Source: Octopus vulgaris (taxonomy: Eukaryota). From it: a stretch of DNA of 64,000 bases. The notes below the pieces were generated by a model. The model was not told where the DNA came from. It was given only the letters and a program-made list of their open reading frames with translations, and did not search any database. A program made the translations under genes and the position numbers. Shown piece after piece: positions 1 through 11,805 of this stretch (its first letter is position 1; the number at the start of each line of letters is the position of its first letter). The DNA lies in NCBI GenBank assembly GCA_951406725.2, contig OX597816.1, positions 163,184,001 through 163,248,000 on the forward strand, read 5' to 3'.

Positions 1-480
1 GGTAAAATATACGAAGCCCAATATACCCATCATGACTACCCGTCTGATAAAGGTACACCAGGCACATGCATCACAACCAAACGTGCGCGACATAGTGATC
101 TCATATCAAGATAAACCGCACATGACCTTGCAGGTGGGGCCCAGTTAGAATTTTCTTCAGGTTGAGTAGCTCATCCCGCTCAAACGGTCCCTGAATAAGG
201 GTTGTTTAAGGATGTTGAAAAAAACCACCCATGTTTCCAGAGGTGAATTATTCAAATCCCAAAGAATCCCTCTCAACACATGGCTATGATGCTCCCCCAC
301 TACTTCTGCTCGTGATCAGAGATGCACATATCGTCAGCGACTAAGGGACATGCTCAACTGGTTAAGGTCAAACAACTGACAAGCAAATCTGTGGTATTGA
401 GCAGAATATTTGCTGTAGCCCATCTTTTATACCAAGACAAAACATTTGCTGTAGCCCATCTTTTATACCAAGACAAAACA
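1..480 (-). mobile_element. Unclassified ~560-bp (TAA)n-anchored interspersed repeat, copy 1 (cut by window edge)
   Basis: Clearly similar to 672-1228 and 49714-50178; abuts (TTA)n; 36-bp tandem duplication at 409-480; no ORF. Confidence 0.75.
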
Positions 481-499
481 TTATTATTATTATCATTAC

Positions 500-592
<93 letters not shown>

Positions 593-595
593 CAC

Positions 596-671
<76 letters not shown>
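481..671. repeat. (TTA)n microsatellite
   Basis: Direct reading. Confidence 0.98.
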
Positions 672-1228
672 GAGTGAGAGAGTAGTGCATGCCATCAAAG
701 TGACACTGGGGTACAAATATACGAAGCCCAGTATACCCATCATGACTACCTGCCTGATTAGGGTACACTAGGCACATGCATGAAAACCATATGTTCGCGA
801 CATGGTGATCTCATATCAAGATAAACAGCGCATGACCTTGCAGGTGGGGACCCATTTAGAGTTTTCTTCTGGTCGAGTATCCCATCCCGCTCAAAACGTC
901 CCTGAATAAAAATTGTTTAGGTATGTTGAACGAACCAAAACCATGTTTCCAAAGGTGAATTATTCAAACCCCAAAGAATCTCTCTCAACAAATATCTATG
1001 ATGCTCCCCCACTATTTCTGCTCATGATCAGAGGTGCACGTATTGTCAGTCACTAAGGGACATGGTCAACTGGTTATGGTCAAACAACTGACAAATACAT
1101 CTGTGCTATTGAGCAGAATATTTGCTGTTGCCCATCTTTTATACCAAGACAAAACAATGTACATATGTACATGATAAGTTAAGATTAGAAACCATGAGAG
1201 TCACTGTATGGTACTGCATAAGGGCATT
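672..1228 (-). mobile_element. Unclassified (TAA)n-anchored repeat, copy 2 (apparently full length)
   Basis: Flanked by (TTA)n on both sides; minus-strand end CTCTCTCACTC(AAT)n shared with the copy at 49714. Confidence 0.75.
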
Positions 1229-1230
1229 TT

Positions 1231-1287
<57 letters not shown>

Positions 1288-2624
1288 GTCTTTGCACAGC
1301 TTCTAACGCTGGAGATGTACTACGGCGCCAGCTGTTCACTACCTGTGAACTAAGGTAACACCCGTTATTTTTCGAGCACCATCCGGAGCATTCGAGTGGT
1401 TCCAAGCAGTGGTTTTTTGTAAGTGCTCCATCCTTATTGCAGTTCCATGTTGTTCCATGTATTTCTCAAGATTTTTACTCACTGTTCCCAGGACTCCGAC
1501 AATAATTGCATAAACTCCCAAACTAACCTGACATATCTATTGACTTTTCTTTCTTCCTTATCGCATTCCTTGTTGTCAGCTGGGCATGCTATATCTATGA
1601 TCCAGCATCGTTTGCTTTCTTTCTCGATTAACACTATCACTGGTTTCCTATTCTCTATCTCATGGTCGCACTGAATCATAAAATCCCATTGAATCTTTAC
1701 ATTATCATTTTCAATGATGCCTTCGAGTTTAGGTCCGTACCATGTTTTGCTCAGTCAAGTCCACACTTGTTGCAAAGTGTCCAATGGACAATCTTGTCTA
1801 TATTGTTATGACGTCTCTTATATTCTTTCTGGGCTAGTGGCGTACATTGACTGGTAATATGCCATATGGTTTCCCCATTTTCCTCACAAATTCTGCACTT
1901 ATCGCTTTCTGATGTGTTGTCTATTCTGTATTTGATGTAATTCGTTCTTAATGCTTACTCTTGGGCAGCACAGATTAGAGCCTCCGTTTCCGGTTTTAAA
2001 TCACTTTTAGTCTTCCATAGCTATCGTTTATCTCTGTCAGTCTTATCTTCAGCATCCCTATAAATTTGATCATGCATTCTTTTCTTTATCCACCTATTTT
2101 CAGTTTCATTCATTCTCAATTCCTTAGTAATCTTCCATCCTACACAAACCTGACCTACTTGTGTAGGATAATAGTGTTTCTTTGGCATTTTTTACATGTC
2201 ATGCTATGTTGCTTTCTTCTGATCTAATGCTGTGTTCGCATCCAATCAGTCCTCTTCCCCCTCTTTTTCTTGGTGCGTACAGTCTGTCTGCGTCACTTTT
2301 TGTGTGGAGTATCCCATATCTAGTCAGCAACTTCCTTGTCTTTCTGTCTAAGCTGTTTGATTCGTCTACTGTCCATACGAATACTCCTACTCCATATCTA
2401 AGTAGTGAAACCGCCCAGGTGTTGATAGCTTCAATCTTATTCCGCCCGTTTAATTTCGACTTAAGTATCTGTGCAAGTACTCCACCTTAAAGTATCTGCG
2501 CAAGTACTCCACCTTAAAGTTTTCTGTCATTTCTTTCTTTCATCAATTTATCCATTTCCAATATCCCCAAGTTCTTAATAACCGTCTTTTCTATCTGCTT
2601 CATAACCTCCCTCGGCGCTATCGC
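1288..2624 (-). mobile_element. R4/Dong-type non-LTR retrotransposon, 5'-truncated and decayed (end of RT, CCHC knuckle, RLE endonuclease, 3' end)
   Basis: Minus frames give KCRICEENGETIWHITSQC, KRRHNNI, ENRKPVIVLIEK..CWIIDIACPAD, IIVGVLGTVSK..EHLQKT; followed by (TAA)n. Confidence 0.9.
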
Positions 2625-2695
<71 letters not shown>

Positions 2696-2898
2696 ATTAT
2701 TATCATTATTATCAATATTATTATTATTATTATTATTGTTATTGTTATTGTTATCATTATTACTAAAGAATCAATAAGAAGAGAGCGACTTATCGAATGA
2801 ACAATATTTCGACATTTCGTGTTTCTTCCACATGTTCAAAATAATCATTTCAATCTACTTCATTTTGGTAATATTTAAGGAGTGATTTATTATTATTA

Positions 2899-2942
<44 letters not shown>

Positions 2943-3065
2943 GTTGTTGTTGTTGTTGTTGTTATTATTATTATCATTATTATTATTATTATTATTATCA
3001 TTGTCATTATCATTATTATTATTATTATTGTTGTTGTTGTTGTTGTTGTTGTTATTAATATAATT

Positions 3066-3560
3066 ATCAATATCGTTAGGTTGTCGATTGAGGATATTGT
3101 GTCCCCCGCGGATTTGTACTATTTGTCAAGACATAACAAGGACCTCAGACAAACAGTACTTTATGCAATATGCGTGCAGTTTCAAGTAATGCCGACTTTT
3201 GCGATACATCTAGATTGTAGGGTATTTTGTAAAGTTTCCAGGTGTTTCTTCGGGGAGGGTGCTATTGAACCCAATGCTCCGATGACAACAGGGACGAACT
3301 TTATGTTTCACTCTTGTACTTGCCACATCTTAGCGATTTCAATTTTCAGATCTCCATATTTATCAACCTTTTCTCCTTCTGTTATGGTAATATGTTGATC
3401 TCCTGGCCCTGCCACTTCGATTATTAGGCACCCTTATTTGTCCCACCGAGAGTCTAACATATCCGGCCCTCGGTTCCCTAACACATTGTCTGTCTGGGAG
3501 TCAAAGTCATAGAGGATTTTTGCCTTCCCCTTTACGTCCATTACTTTTTCTTGTGTTTTC
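3066..3560 (-). mobile_element. R4/Dong-type RLE domain fragment, second subfamily
   Basis: Minus frame KILYDFDSQTD..GPD..CLIIEVAGPGD..EKVDKYGDLKIEIAKMW..VPVVIGALG; ends next to degenerate (TAA)n. Confidence 0.85.
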
Positions 3561-3562
3561 AC

Positions 3563-3735
3563 AGACATTCTCTAGAACAATACATTTTGCAAAACCAAAT
3601 ATATGGCATCGTAGGCATAACGCCAACTTGAACTTCTAATTTGTTGTCTCTTGAGGTCCCTGGATGAGAGTTGAAGTCAACTAGTGCAAATATAAAGCAA
3701 AATATATGATACAAAAGCCAAATACATGATAATAA
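3563..3735 (+). mobile_element. Probable 3'UTR fragment of another R4/Dong-type element
   Basis: Non-coding, ends in GATAATAAT, lies among Dong fragments; assigned by context only. Confidence 0.4.
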
Positions 3736-3789
3736 TAGTGACGAACAGTTAAGAAACAAGGCGAAAAATAGACATATACAGCCTTCTCA

Positions 3790-4050
3790 AATACGACTGT
3801 GAAAGATGGAGAAGACAGGGTCCATTATTGCTAGGGCCTTGGTGACAGTATCAAAAGGTACTGAGAAGAATATGAAGGGAATGGGAATAGAATGTCCAGT
3901 AGAGGTGTTGCACTGCACAACGTTTGCCGTCTTGGCATGGCCAAAATCATCGGGAAAGTATTAGATAATTGAAGGAAACAGCATGGTACCGCAGGCACCA
4001 AGATTTTCATGCAAGATTCCAGGTGTTCCAACAAAACTTGAGTTTAAACA
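3790..4050 (+). mobile_element. R4/Dong-type C-terminus plus 3'UTR, third subfamily
   Basis: VPIIARALVTVSKG..GIECPVEVL..LGMAKIIGKVLD; homologous to 50428-50591; followed by (CAA/TAA)n. Confidence 0.75.
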
Positions 4051-4126
4051 ACAATAACAACAACATCGACAGCATCAACAACAACGACAATAATAATAAC
4101 AACAATAATGATAAGATCAACAACAA

Positions 4127-4183
<57 letters not shown>

Positions 4184-4185
4184 CA

Positions 4186-4320
4186 TTGACCTCTTCCTTC
4201 AATTTTGCTTTCATTTCTTGCCGACTGTCTTCCTGACACCTAGCGCAAAGAAACTCAATGTATACATTAGTAGGATTTTAAAATAAACACACCAAATTGT
4301 TAATTTACAAAGTTACATGT
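4186..4320 (-). mobile_element. R4/Dong 3'UTR fragment
   Basis: Reverse complement CTAGGTGTCAGGAAGACAGTCGGCAAGAAATG matches the 3'UTR at 42374-42435; (TAA)n tail. Confidence 0.6.
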
Positions 4321-4325
4321 AGAAA

Positions 4326-4356
<31 letters not shown>

Positions 4357-4447
4357 AAGAGAAGCAAAAACAATAAAACAATAAGGAATAAGAAAGGAAA
4401 GAAAATTCACAACAATAATGCACTTTATTATTATTATTATTATTATT

Positions 4448-4549
<102 letters not shown>

Positions 4550-4574
4550 GATAATAATACTAATAATAATAATG

Positions 4575-4660
<86 letters not shown>

Positions 4661-4663
<3 letters not shown>

Positions 4664-4877
4664 CCTTTCCACTAAAGGCGCAAGGCTTGAAATTATGTGG
4701 GTGGGGACTAGTCGATTACATCGACCCCAGTGTTTCACTGGTACTGAATTTAACAACCTCGAAAGGATGAAAGGCAAAGTCGAACTCGTCTGAATTTGAA
4801 CTCAGAACGTAAAGACTGACGAAATGCCACAAAGCATTTTGCCCCCGGTGTCCTAACCATTCTACCAGCTCGCCGCC
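4661..4877 (-). mobile_element. tRNA-derived SINE family C (Nin/Deu domain), monomer
   Basis: Head GGCGGCGAGCTGG..GAGTTCAAATTC; central CGACTTTGCCTTTCATCCTTTCGAGGT..AGTACCAG resembling the Nin/Deu domain; tail next to the TTA tract. Confidence 0.85.
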
Positions 4878-4880
4878 TTA

Positions 4881-4930
<50 letters not shown>

Positions 4931-4951
4931 AATAATAATAATAATAATAAC

Positions 4952-4986
<35 letters not shown>

Positions 4987-4990
4987 TAAC

Positions 4991-5048
<58 letters not shown>

Positions 5049-5613
5049 GCAGCAGCAATAATCTTTGCGGGTTTCTATAGAAACGAGTCGTGAAAAGAGG
5101 AAATTCCAGTGGACGAACTACATTAACTCTAAAATGTAAAGGATATTTAAGTGTCAGCAATGTTCCAGGCAGACAGAGGAATTCCCCTGGAGTCCTAACA
5201 ATGCTATATTGTATGGTCATTAATTATTCAGACTCTAAGCATATTAACAATTCTAATACACTAATTAATTAAGATGGCTCTTATTGTTTCACTTGTATAA
5301 CGGTTTCACCTTTGTATTTTTCTTTTTGCTTGACCTTTGTTCTCCAACAGCGGCATTCGATAGCCTTCGCTGAAACCGGAACGCTACGATGCTGTTTTAA
5401 ACGTCATGCCTAGTGTTTATCTATCACGCTGCTTTCGCCATATGACACCAGTTTAAACTGGAATGGTCATATGACAAACAGCGGCCATTGAAAGATTTCT
5501 GCAGTCCTTGTCTCTTAGTTTAGTTTGCATAATGAAAGCGTTATCAATTACGATTTAATTACTCCAGCAACTAACGAGTATATTTCTATATTTATGTGTA
5601 ATTTATCTATCGA

Positions 5614-5680
<67 letters not shown>

Positions 5681-5771
5681 AATCTGAAAAGCTCTACCTT
5701 GTAATTTGTTCTATCTGTGTGCAGCCCTGTGTGGCTAATAAAGAAACATATCTATCTATCTATCTATCTAC

Positions 5772-5835
<64 letters not shown>

Positions 5836-5836
5836 T

Positions 5837-5882
<46 letters not shown>

Positions 5883-6047
5883 GGCGCAGGAGTGGCTGTG
5901 TGCTAAGTAGCTTGCTAACCAACCACATGGTTCCGGGTTCAGTCCCACTGCGTGGCATCTTGGGCAGGTGTCTTCTGCTATAGCCCCGGGCCGGCCAATG
6001 CCTTGTGTGTGGATTTGGTAGACGGAAACTGAAAGAAGCCTGTCGTA

Positions 6048-6122
<75 letters not shown>

Positions 6123-6315
6123 CTGTGTTTGTCCCCTTAGCATTGCTTGACAACCGATGCTGGTGTGTTTACATCCCCGTCACTTAGCGGTTCGGCAAAA
6201 GAGACCGATAGAATGAGTACTGGGCTTACAAAGAATAAGTCCCGGGGTCGATTTGCTCGACTAAAGGCGGTGCCCCAGCATGGTCGCAGTCAAATGACTG
6301 AAACAAGTAAAAGAG
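5883..6315 (+). mobile_element. tRNA-derived SINE family A (CORE-like), full length
   Basis: A box TGGCTGTGTG, B box GGTTCAGTCCC, CORE-like CTTGGGCAGGT, internal (TA)n(TG)n, tail CAGTCAAATGACTGAAAC. Confidence 0.92.
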
Positions 6316-6551
6316 TATATCTGTCTGTTGATTTAAATATTTGCCATCCTATGTATCAGTCTAGTTACTCATTGCCTATGTATATATGCAGGTATATATA
6401 TTTCTGTCTGTTTGTCTGTCTGTATGTATGTATGTATGTACGCATGTATGTATACATGTATGTATATGTATGTACGTAAGTATTTAAATAGGTATGTATA
6501 TGCATGTATTTGCACACCTCACAACCACATATCTACTTACCTACTCACGTT

Positions 6552-6583
<32 letters not shown>

Positions 6584-6585
6584 AG

Positions 6586-6684
6586 TTCCTTGTTTTTCCT
6601 GATGAGAAGGCGGCATAATGCACCCCTTATTCCTTCGAAATTAGGAATATGCAGCCTTCGAAACTTATGTCGAAAATAAAGGAA
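6586..6684 (+). ncRNA. Type-I hammerhead ribozyme in a ~137-bp (TA)n-flanked unit
   Basis: CTGATGA 6599-6605; helix II GAAGGC..GCCTTC; GAAAC 6660-6664; helix III AC-TTAT-GT; GTC 6669-6671; helix I 6586-6598 pairs with 6672-6684. Confidence 0.85.
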
Positions 6685-6717
6685 TTTTGTTAATTCGTCG
6701 TTCAACTCCATTCTTTC

Positions 6718-6758
<41 letters not shown>

Positions 6759-6759
6759 G

Positions 6760-7051
6760 TGATGGTAACTTAATTTCTTTGTACTTACCCTGATTTCTGT
6801 CATGCTTGTCACATTTCCAGGGATATGTGGGGGGGGGGTTAAGGAGTTTTCGACACTGATTTTCACACCATATAATTACCTGTTTGTAAATTTTACTTTT
6901 TTAAATAATATGACTGTAATTTTTTTAAGCCCCACCAAGGGGCTTTTTGCCATCGTTGGTTTGGGAAATTGGGCGATTTTCAGCATGCGTGTATATGAGT
7001 GGAAATGGGTTGCTTGGCGGAGGTCTGCGCTCTCCGAGTGCTTTTCTAGTT
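6760..7051 (+). mobile_element. Helentron-type non-autonomous element (HINE/DINE-1-like), 3' part
   Basis: Ends CTTGGCGGAGGT-CTGCGCTCTCCGAGTGC-TTTTCTAGTT, the same subTIR and hairpin as the 40985-42843 elements; left boundary uncertain. Confidence 0.65.
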
Positions 7052-7167
7052 ATAAATTAATTATAAAATTTTGCATTTGCCATTTATCGACTTTTTGCTT
7101 CCTGGCCACTTATATTATTGTTGTTATTATTCATTTTACAAATGATAATAATTAATAATAATACCTA

Positions 7168-7567
7168 GGCGCAGGAGTGGCTGTGTGGTAAGTAGCTTGC
7201 TAACCAACCACATGGTTCCGGGTTCAGTCCCACTGCGTGGCATCTTGGACAAGTGTCTTCTGCTCTAGCCCCGGGCCGACCGAAGCCTTGTGAGTGGATT
7301 TGGTAGACGGAAACTGAAAGAAGCCTGTCGTATATATGTGTATAAATATATGTGTTTGTCTGTGTCTGTGTTTGTCCCCCTAGCATTGCTTGACAGCCGA
7401 TACTGGTGTGTTTACGTGCCCGTCACTTAGCGGTTCGGCAAAAGAGACCGATAGAATAAGTACTGGGCTTACAAAGAATAAGTCCCGAGGTCGATTTGCT
7501 CGACTAAAGGCGGTGCTCCAGCATGGCCGCAGTCAAATGACTGAAACAAGTAAAAAAGAGTAAAGAG
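7168..7567 (+). mobile_element. SINE family A, full length
   Basis: Near-identical to 5883-6315. Confidence 0.92.
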
Positions 7568-7602
7568 AAATATAAATATTTTCGAATATTTATTCATTTA
7601 GT

Positions 7603-7942
7603 GTAGAGGCACAATGATCCAGTGGTTAGAGCAGCGGCCTCGCGGTCGTAAAATCGTGGTTTCGATTCCCAGACCGGGAACGCCTAAAACCACACGTTGC
7701 TCCGGCAGGGGGTGGTGGCGAACCCTGCTGTACTCTTTCATCACAATTTTCACTCTTCCTGTTTCTGATGTACCTGTATTTCAAAGGACCAGCCTTGTGA
7801 CAATGTGTCACGCTGAATATCACCGAGAACTACGTTAAGAGTACATTGTCTGTGGAGTGCTCAGCCACTTGCACGTTAATTTCACGAGCAGACTGTTCCG
7901 ATTCAACTGGAACCCTCGTCGTCGTAACCGACGGAGTGCCAC
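7603..7942 (+). mobile_element. tRNA-derived SINE family B, variant with an alternative 3' half
   Basis: Family B head; 12-bp target-site duplication TATTCATTTAGT at 7591-7602 and 7943-7954. Confidence 0.88.
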
Positions 7943-8792
7943 TATTCATTTAGTCATATATATATATATATATCTACAAATACACACATACAACATACAT
8001 ATATATATACATATAGTATTATATGACTGTATGTAAATATACCTATGGTTCTGATGTCTCAACAATATTAAAGAATGTCACGCACACCCACACACATAGA
8101 TATGTGTGTGTGCTGCATATGTGCGAGTGTGCATGTGTATGTACGTATGTATGTATGGATGGAGGAATGGCTGACTGGCTGGCTGGCTGGATGAATGGAA
8201 GGCTGTATACATAAAGATAAATAGATAGGGATAGAGATAGATATGCAAATTAAGGTAATCTATAAAGTTGTTTCCTAGATGTAGGTGATTAAATTAGAAA
8301 TGAAATGTAGATAGGATAACATCGATCATTTCACACTCTTTGTTTTGTACTTACACACTTCTGGAAGCCATAATATGTTCTTCTCTTGTTTATATTTTAA
8401 TTAACGGAAAAAGATTCAAAGACGTACATTCATTCGATTTAAATCCAAATTTTTAAAATAATGTTGGATTTGCGGCTTTGTTTTTCATGAGAGTATACTA
8501 TTTTCCTTAATCTTCTGATAAATTTGTCAATCATTCGCGTTACGTTCAGATAATTCCGTTGTGACGAAATAGGTACGTTCTTTTCTGTCGAGATTATTAG
8601 TAGTATAAAGATGGTTAAAGACTCCACAAAAATGAGATTATTTTAGATTTTTGTTTAAATGCACAATAGAATTAACGAATAATATAAAAATACTAATGAT
8701 ATTGTAACAGAGTCACTGATAATGTTTAAAAATAATGATATAACTAAATACAGTAATAGTATAGCTATGTTTTTACTGTGGATTTTCGTCGA

Positions 8793-9260
8793 GTAGTTAG
8801 TTAGTTAGTTAGTTAATTTGGTTCAAAAGCAAATAGCAAGGCCATGTAGGGGGGGGGGGGCATGGAGTTAAGTACAGGGTGGTGTTCATGTAAAGAGTTC
8901 AGGCCACTTGAGGTCAAGGGAGGCTTTGAACAAAGCGGTCGTCGGCATCGTCACCATCTCGTCTGGCAGCTTGTTCCACGGATCCGCAACCCGGACGGAG
9001 AATGCTCCTCTCCTTCGATTGAGATGAAATCGTCGCAGGTAGAGCTTTTCGGAATGACCCCGCAGCCGACGCTCTGGAGCAGGAGTGAAGAACAGCTCTT
9101 TCGAGAGGTTACACTTTCCGCTTATGATGTTGTGGGCGAGAATGAGATCACCTCGGCGGCGGCGTTTTTCTAGAGAATAAAGGTCGAGCGTCCTCAGCCT
9201 TTCTTCATAGGACAAATTTTTGAGACCATGAACCATGCGGGTAGCCAGCTTCTGGACTCT
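8793..9260 (-). mobile_element. CR1-clade LINE 3' end, 5'-truncated, low decay
   Basis: ORF 8886-9236: SYEERLRTLDLYSLEKRRRRGDLI..LRGHSEKL..FSVRVADPWNKLP..FKASLD; (CTAA)n tail. Confidence 0.92.
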
Positions 9261-9261
9261 A

Positions 9262-9858
9262 AGAAATTCGTCTCGCGTTCTATCACCTTCAGAGCCGCCT
9301 TAGGTTGCCACCGGATATCAGAATTCGAACGACAGTGTGCATTTTCCCAGGATTCATCCGGACTGACTTTCTCTATAGGTGCGAATCCTGGGCGGTGAGA
9401 GCTAAAGATATCTGAAAACTCGAAGTCTTCGACCACTACTGCCTGCGTAGGGTTTTGCGTGCTTACCCATTGAACTTCGAACCCCGAAATGTTACAATGC
9501 TGCTGCATCAATTCTCTGCGACAGTCTCCACTCTTAAGACGTCTAAGATGACTTGGCCATATTCTCCATCAGCCTCCGGGTGAATTCATTCGCCGGGCCA
9601 TCACTCCGGCTCCCTTCCCAGTCTGGCGTAAACGAGCCGGAGGGCGTGGATGGCGACGGTGAAGACGGATCTGGAAGAACAGTCGCCCAACCGCATCTAT
9701 GGTCTTCGACAGTGGAACCGGAGTAGGAATCGATTATAGCCTCTACTGCGGACGACCGTCGGATGTGATAAGCATTCGTGGGGGACGTAGTGAACTCGGT
9801 GGTCGGACCAGCTCAGCCCACCCCGGGTGGAATGCCACCGCAAGTACAAGCAGAAAGT
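9262..9858 (+). mobile_element. RTE-clade LINE 3' fragment, decayed
   Basis: Frameshifted LYRCESW..KLEVFDHYCLRRVL..LGHILHQP..WRKRAGG; tail GCCACCGCAAGTACAAG. Confidence 0.75.
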
Positions 9859-10251
9859 TACAAATTATTTCCACATATAATAACACAAACGCCAAATATA
9901 ATTAGTCCCGGCTGCTGCGGTTTCCTGATGGCTCGGTGTGCTATTTTCTGCAGAAGATTGCTCTGAAACCCCCAAAACTGAAGAAAACCACCAAGGAAAT
10001 AGGCATGGCAGCTGAAGCCAGTTGAGACCGCATTCCTGAAGAGAAGACTGATTCAATTCTCGATGTCACATTTAGACGAAGCGTACAGGTTCTGGAGCAA
10101 AACTCTTGAAGCCCTGAAATACCTGCTGATGATAGGGTAGTGTTTCCAACATTACGATAAATTCAGAAGAAGAACTTACTATACCTCTGAGTACCACCTG
10201 CAGTTACTTGGGGGAACAAATTATCTCCGATGTTTATTTCGCCAACACACA

Positions 10252-10646
10252 GGCGCAGACGTGGCTGTGTGGCTAGAAGCTTGCTTCCCAACCGCATGTT
10301 TCCGGGTTCAGTCCCACTGCGTGACACCTAGCCTGTCTTCTGCTACAGCGTGGGGCCGACCAAAGCCTTGTGAGTGGAATTGCTAGAGGGAAACTGAAAG
10401 AAGTCTGTCGTGTGTGGATGTGTGTGTGTGTTTGTGTATGTGTCTGTGTCTTCGTGTTCCCAATAACTGCCTGATAACCGGTGCTGATATGCTTATGTCC
10501 TCGTAACTTAGCAGTTTGGTTATAGAGACCAATAGAATAAGTACCAGGCAGAAAGGAATAAGTACCGGGTCGAGGCATTTGACTAAAAATTGTTCCAGGC
10601 GGTGACGCAGCATGGTAGCAATCTAATGACTGAAACAAGTAAAAGA
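10252..10646 (+). mobile_element. SINE family A, diverged
   Basis: Similar to 5883-6315 along its length. Confidence 0.85.
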
Positions 10647-10719
10647 CAAAAAATAAAAACGTATATAACTATATACATGGACCTGCACTTACAACATATA
10701 CTTAAAAGCATATACTATA

Positions 10720-10885
10720 GGCGCGAGAGTGGCTGGCTATGCTGTAGGTAGGTTGCTTACCAAGCACTTGGTCTCGGGTTCAGTCCCATTGTGTGGCACC
10801 TTGGGCAAGTGTCTCCTACTATAACCTCGGGCCGATCAAAGCCTTGTAAGTTGATTTGGTAGACGGAAACTGAAAGAAGCCCGTC

Positions 10886-10953
<68 letters not shown>

Positions 10954-10960
10954 GTATATA

Positions 10961-11000
<40 letters not shown>

Positions 11001-11235
11001 CATGCATACATATATACATAAATATATATACATACATATATATATATATACATACATAATACATACATATGCATACACACACACACATATATATATGTAT
11101 GTATCTATGTATTATATGTGTGTGTGTGTGTTTGTTCCCCTACCATCGCTTGACAACTGATGCTGGTGTGTTTACGTCCCCGTACCTTAGCAAAAGTGAC
11201 TGATGGAATAAGTAATACTCTTAGAAAAGAATAAG
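10720..11235 (+). mobile_element. SINE family A with expanded internal (TA)n, 3'-truncated
   Basis: Head, GGTAGACGGAAACTGAAAGAAGCCCGTCG, about 240 bp of microsatellite. Confidence 0.85.
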
Positions 11236-11284
11236 AGTGATACGAAAATCTGATAGTAGAAATAATGATTATTTCGTCGGAAAA

Positions 11285-11690
11285 TCAATGTATCAGAGGC
11301 CAGTAAACAGAACGGATGAACCTAGTGTAGGTTCAACGACTATTTAGCAATAATACAGGCCCTCAGATATTCCGGTGTAGGTGTTCGGCGTGCTGGAAGA
11401 CGGCAAGGAGTGAGGATCCCCTTAGCTTTTGCTAAAGCATGTCTCTAGATTCAGCATCAAACCAAGGCTATGTCTGCTGTGATAATCGGCGGTGACTTCG
11501 TCAACGAATCCTCTGTGAATTGACAGCATGTTGAGTTGCTACAGATCACACTGGCCCAAAGTGTGTATACAACTGACTGCGGACCATATGGGAACTTGTA
11601 TTCTCACTGAAACTCCGAAAATGAACTCATGTCGTAACCGGCTAAATCCATCCCGGGTGAATGTCACCGTAAGTACAAAATACAAGTATC
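11285..11690 (+). mobile_element. Non-autonomous RTE-tailed element (family E)
   Basis: Homologous to the reverse complement of 34392-34932; 3' end CCCGGGTGAATGTCACCGTAAGTACAAAATACAAGTA matches the RTE tail at 9820-9852. Confidence 0.7.
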
Positions 11691-11805
11691 ACAGTCGTTC
11701 GTAACTTATATTCACGTGGCACTTGTCACTGGCTATAAAACCCTCATAGCCATTGCACTTTTCACATCGAGCTACAGCCGTTTAAAAATATTTAAAATAA
11801 CGGTT

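Noticed and set aside
9900-10250. Possible host exon in complex sequence
   Set aside because: No convincing open frame with splice sites and no recognisable protein motif.
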